Part shown: piece by piece, positions 58,208-60,787 of the stretch
Numbering within the stretch: position 1 is the stretch's first letter
Layout of the letters: every line of letters begins with the position of its first letter
DNA from: Bdellovibrionota bacterium
GTDB taxonomy: Bacteria; Bdellovibrionota_C; UBA2361; OMII01
NCBI GenBank assembly: GCA_044351795.1
Contig: JBILFA010000006.1
Span: 1 to 60,787 of the forward strand
Length of the DNA: 60,787 bases
Direction: 5' to 3'
Made by a program: the position numbers and the translations under genes
Notes under the pieces: generated by a model
The model's database searches: none
Told to the model about the DNA's origin: nothing
The model's input: the letters and a program-made list of their open reading frames with translations, nothing else

Positions 58208-59407
58208 ATGGAACCGTTGAAGATATTGGTGTGTGAGGACGAGAGACTCTTCGCTCTCGAACTCAAAGAGCGCTTGGAGCGCATGGGGCATTACGTTGTC
58301 GGAACTGCCGGCTCAAGTGGGGAAGCTGTTGCTATGGCGAAAAACCTTGAGCCCGATCTTGTGCTCATGGACGTACAGCTCTCTGGGGGAGTGCCGGGTA
58401 CCCGCGTGGCCGATGTGTTACAGAAAAATTTTCACATACCGGCGATTTTTCTCACCGCTTTTTCCGATGCGGAGACAATAAGCCAGGCCCGCCGCTCTCA
58501 TCCGCTCGCGTACTTGGTCAAACCGATCGATGATCAGGAGCTGGAGTTGGCTATTGAGTTCGGTATGGCACAGCATCAAGTCGAAGAAGACCTCCGCGAG
58601 GAGCTGGATGCATACTCTTCAATGCTGACTCGATTGGGCGTAGGAGGTGAGACTGAGCAACACCCCGCCGGAGGTGAGGAGATGCAAGTTGCTCGAGCCG
58701 GGATGGAAGAACTCAGCGGCGTAATTGGTAATATAGCGCACCACATCAATAACTCGCTCGCTGGAGTTATGGGGTATCTCGATTGGTTAGTAAATTGCGG
58801 AACCCTTCAGGCTCATGAATATCGCTACGCCAAACTCGCGCTGGAAGGATGTTATGACCAGAGGCTTTTTGTACAAAAGCTCCTGTGGGCGTCACAGCAG
58901 GGCCCTCGTGAATTAGTTGTAGAGCGTATCTCCGATGTAGTTGCTCGTGTAATGGATGCACTCTCTAAGCTCAAGAAGCCTGGGGTTTCTTATGACGTCC
59001 ACTCGATACGGCAGGATATGGCCGTATTTGTAGATGAGGAGGCTCTACGTAATGCTCTGGTGGGGGTCCTCCTCTATGCGCAGCGGCTCATTGATGGCCA
59101 AGGAACGATTACAGTTGATGGAGAGAGTGAATATATCAATGCATCTAACCTCTGTAATCCTCGAGCTGTGCCCGATTCGTTCGTAGTGATTGATATTCAC
59201 AGTAGTGGCCGTGAGATGACCGCAGAGGAGATTCGTCATGCGCATCGACCGGCGGATTTAACCGATGGAGATACGCATGCCCTGAGTCTAGCGCTCGCTG
59301 TAGCTCACGGCGTCACCCAAGCCCACGGTGGTTGGCTGGACATTGAATCCAAAGCGGGGGCGGGGACCTCGTTCAAGTTATTCTTGCCCAAGGTTCATAC
59401 GCAGTAG
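58208..59407 (+). CDS. Response regulator fused to a degenerate histidine kinase core
   Basis: Intact REC (CEDE, LMD, LTA, KP); H-box IAHHINNSL; N, G1, F and G2 boxes eroded. Confidence 0.8.
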   Translation: MEPLKILVCEDERLFALELKERLERMGHYVVGTAGSSGEAVAMAKNLEPDLVLMDVQLSGGVPGTRVADVLQKNFHIPAIFLTAFSDAETISQARRSHPLAYLVKPIDDQELELAIEFGMAQHQVEEDLREELDAYSSMLTRLGVGGETEQHPAGGEEMQVARAGMEELSGVIGNIAHHINNSLAGVMGYLDWLVNCGTLQAHEYRYAKLALEGCYDQRLFVQKLLWASQQGPRELVVERISDVVARVMDALSKLKKPGVSYDVHSIRQDMAVFVDEEALRNALVGVLLYAQRLIDGQGTITVDGESEYINASNLCNPRAVPDSFVVIDIHSSGREMTAEEIRHAHRPADLTDGDTHALSLALAVAHGVTQAHGGWLDIESKAGAGTSFKLFLPKVHTQ

Positions 59408-59457
59408 TGTGGCCGACGGTGTGTGGTGTCAGGATGTTTTGTAGGCAAGAGGAACAG

Positions 59458-59613
59458 CTATAAGATCGAAGCAATAAACGCGAAGACTGAACCCACAGAA
59501 AAAAGGGCGACAGAGACGGTGAAAAGGGCGCCGGAGGTTCGTCGAGCCCTGGTACACTGAGCGGCTAAGCGTGGATCTGTCGGGCACTCACGTGGTACCG
59601 AGCGTCGAAGCAC
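59458..59613 (-). CDS. Possible 51-aa small membrane protein
   Basis: GTG-started frame ending in a hydrophobic helix (GALFTVSVALFSVGSVFAFIASIL); no clear SD. Confidence 0.3.
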   Translation of the reverse strand: MLRRSVPRECPTDPRLAAQCTRARRTSGALFTVSVALFSVGSVFAFIASIL

Positions 59614-59701
59614 AAAATTAGTGGCGGACTTTTCAGCTCTAATCGTGGAGCGATTCGAGCAGGGGTTGATAAAATTGCCGAAAGGGCACTAAATACCATC
59701 C

Positions 59702-60325
59702 ATGAATTCGGCGCACAGAGGATGGAAAAAGGGAGAGCTGGGGGTTTTGGCTAAGCTACGAAGCCCGGCCGCTGTTCAGGATTATCTGGACAGGCTTCCG
59801 TATCGTTGTGAAGACGGACATCTCTCTGCACGAGCGGCCCTCAGGGATGGGAGAGCGCACTGTTTTGATGGTTCCTTGCTCGCGGCCGCGGCCCTCCGGC
59901 GTATCGGATTTACGCCGTTTCTGGTGGACCTCTGTGCGGTTCGAGACGATGACCACATGATCTGCGCTTACCAACACCGGGGACGCTGGGGTTCTGTTGC
60001 AAAGTCCAACTTTCCGGGTTTGAGGCTCCGTGAGCCGATATTTCGGAATGTGAGGGAGCTCGTGCTGTCCTACTTCGAGTTCTATTTCAATATGGAGGGT
60101 GAGAAGTCTTTGCGCAGCTTTTCACGCCCCCTCCGTTTGCCCGATCCGCAGAGGTTGGATTGGGAGTGCGACGATTCGGTCGGTGATATCTTAGTCGACC
60201 GTTTGAGCGCGATTCAACACCACGAGATAGTCGAGCAGGGTCGGGAGCGTATGCTGCGAAGGGTAGATCGCCGTTTGTTCGAGTCGCAGATGGTTGGCGT
60301 AAACCTCAAAGGGGTGCGTCGGTAG
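59702..60325 (+). CDS. Transglutaminase-like/papain-fold hypothetical protein
   Basis: 'AHCFDGSLLAAAAL', 'DDDHM', 'WGSVAKSN'. Confidence 0.55.
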   Translation: MNSAHRGWKKGELGVLAKLRSPAAVQDYLDRLPYRCEDGHLSARAALRDGRAHCFDGSLLAAAALRRIGFTPFLVDLCAVRDDDHMICAYQHRGRWGSVAKSNFPGLRLREPIFRNVRELVLSYFEFYFNMEGEKSLRSFSRPLRLPDPQRLDWECDDSVGDILVDRLSAIQHHEIVEQGRERMLRRVDRRLFESQMVGVNLKGVRR

Positions 60326-60347
60326 CGCTACGGCAGGATGAGGTGAT

Positions 60348-60716
60348 ATGCCGCGAGACAAGGATTCGGAATTTCGATTGGTGTACTCGACCGAGCAGGG
60401 CGAGATCTGTCCCGAGTGTAAGAAGCCGCGTAGTCGTTGTTCGTGCGCTGAAGACCAGCTGCGCGTGGTCAAGGGTGACGGTAACGTCAAGGTACGTCGT
60501 GAGACTAAGGGTCGTGGTGGTAAGACCGTAACGAGCGTTTCAGGATTGGCTTTGGCGAGAACTGATCTCGCGGCGTTGTTGAAGGATTTAAAGCGCATCT
60601 GTGGTACCGGCGGGACGGAGAAGGATGGCTTGCTGGAGATCCAGGGTGACCACTGTGACACGGTCATACAGGAGCTCTCAAAGCGCGGTATTCGTAGCAA
60701 GCGGGCTGGCGGATAA
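60348..60716 (+). CDS. yciH: Translation initiation factor SUI1/YciH
   Basis: LVYST, RETKGRGGKTVT, LKRICGTGGT.KDG..EIQGDH. Confidence 0.92.
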   Translation: MPRDKDSEFRLVYSTEQGEICPECKKPRSRCSCAEDQLRVVKGDGNVKVRRETKGRGGKTVTSVSGLALARTDLAALLKDLKRICGTGGTEKDGLLEIQGDHCDTVIQELSKRGIRSKRAGG

Positions 60717-60787
60717 TAATCGCAATCACCGCATTCGTTTAGGAGGTGTCCACGGGTACCTTCTGTCGCTCTCCGCTCTCTTGGAGG

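Noticed and set aside
1-60787. CRISPR array, IS element, prophage, tRNA or rRNA
   Set aside because: No regularly spaced repeats, terminal inverted repeats with a transposase, phage genes or stable-RNA signatures were seen.

Overview
A moderately GC-rich chromosomal segment from a Gram-negative bacterium. The gene repertoire looks Bdellovibrionota/'deltaproteobacterial'-like, which is inference only. Most of the window is housekeeping: envelope biogenesis (lolE-lolD-bamA, a second Omp85, lptFG, lpxB-msbA, an AsmA-like protein, a MlaF-like ATPase), RNA modification and translation (RlmD-like, TrmH-like, truA, Dus, rpsU, SUI1/YciH), metabolism (cmk, asd, cysK, a trans-sulfuration PLP enzyme, etfBA), ihfB, a cold-shock protein, several hydrolases/peptidases and two-component proteins. 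I found no tRNA, rRNA, CRISPR array, transposase, integrase or phage gene. The standout is a ~1.4 kb apparently non-coding region (2672-4079). It contains two blocks of dense, nested base-pairing (about 2820-3356 and 3554-4060, with G-U pairs favouring the + strand). These end in an unannotated 28-aa, 50% Lys histone-H1-like micro-ORF (4080-4166) and an intrinsic terminator, making this a candidate novel large structured RNA plus basic-peptide locus. Other oddities are a Ski2/HelY-like helicase split into two genes, several degenerate pseudo-enzymes (an ethylene-receptor-like sensor lacking its Cys, a REC-pseudokinase, YjeF_N, HDOD), an N-terminally extended S21 with a structured leader, sigma28-like promoters, apparent leaderless genes, and a cluster of large orphan genes at 41-47.7 kb. 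All structures and family assignments were made by eye; no folding or database search was run.
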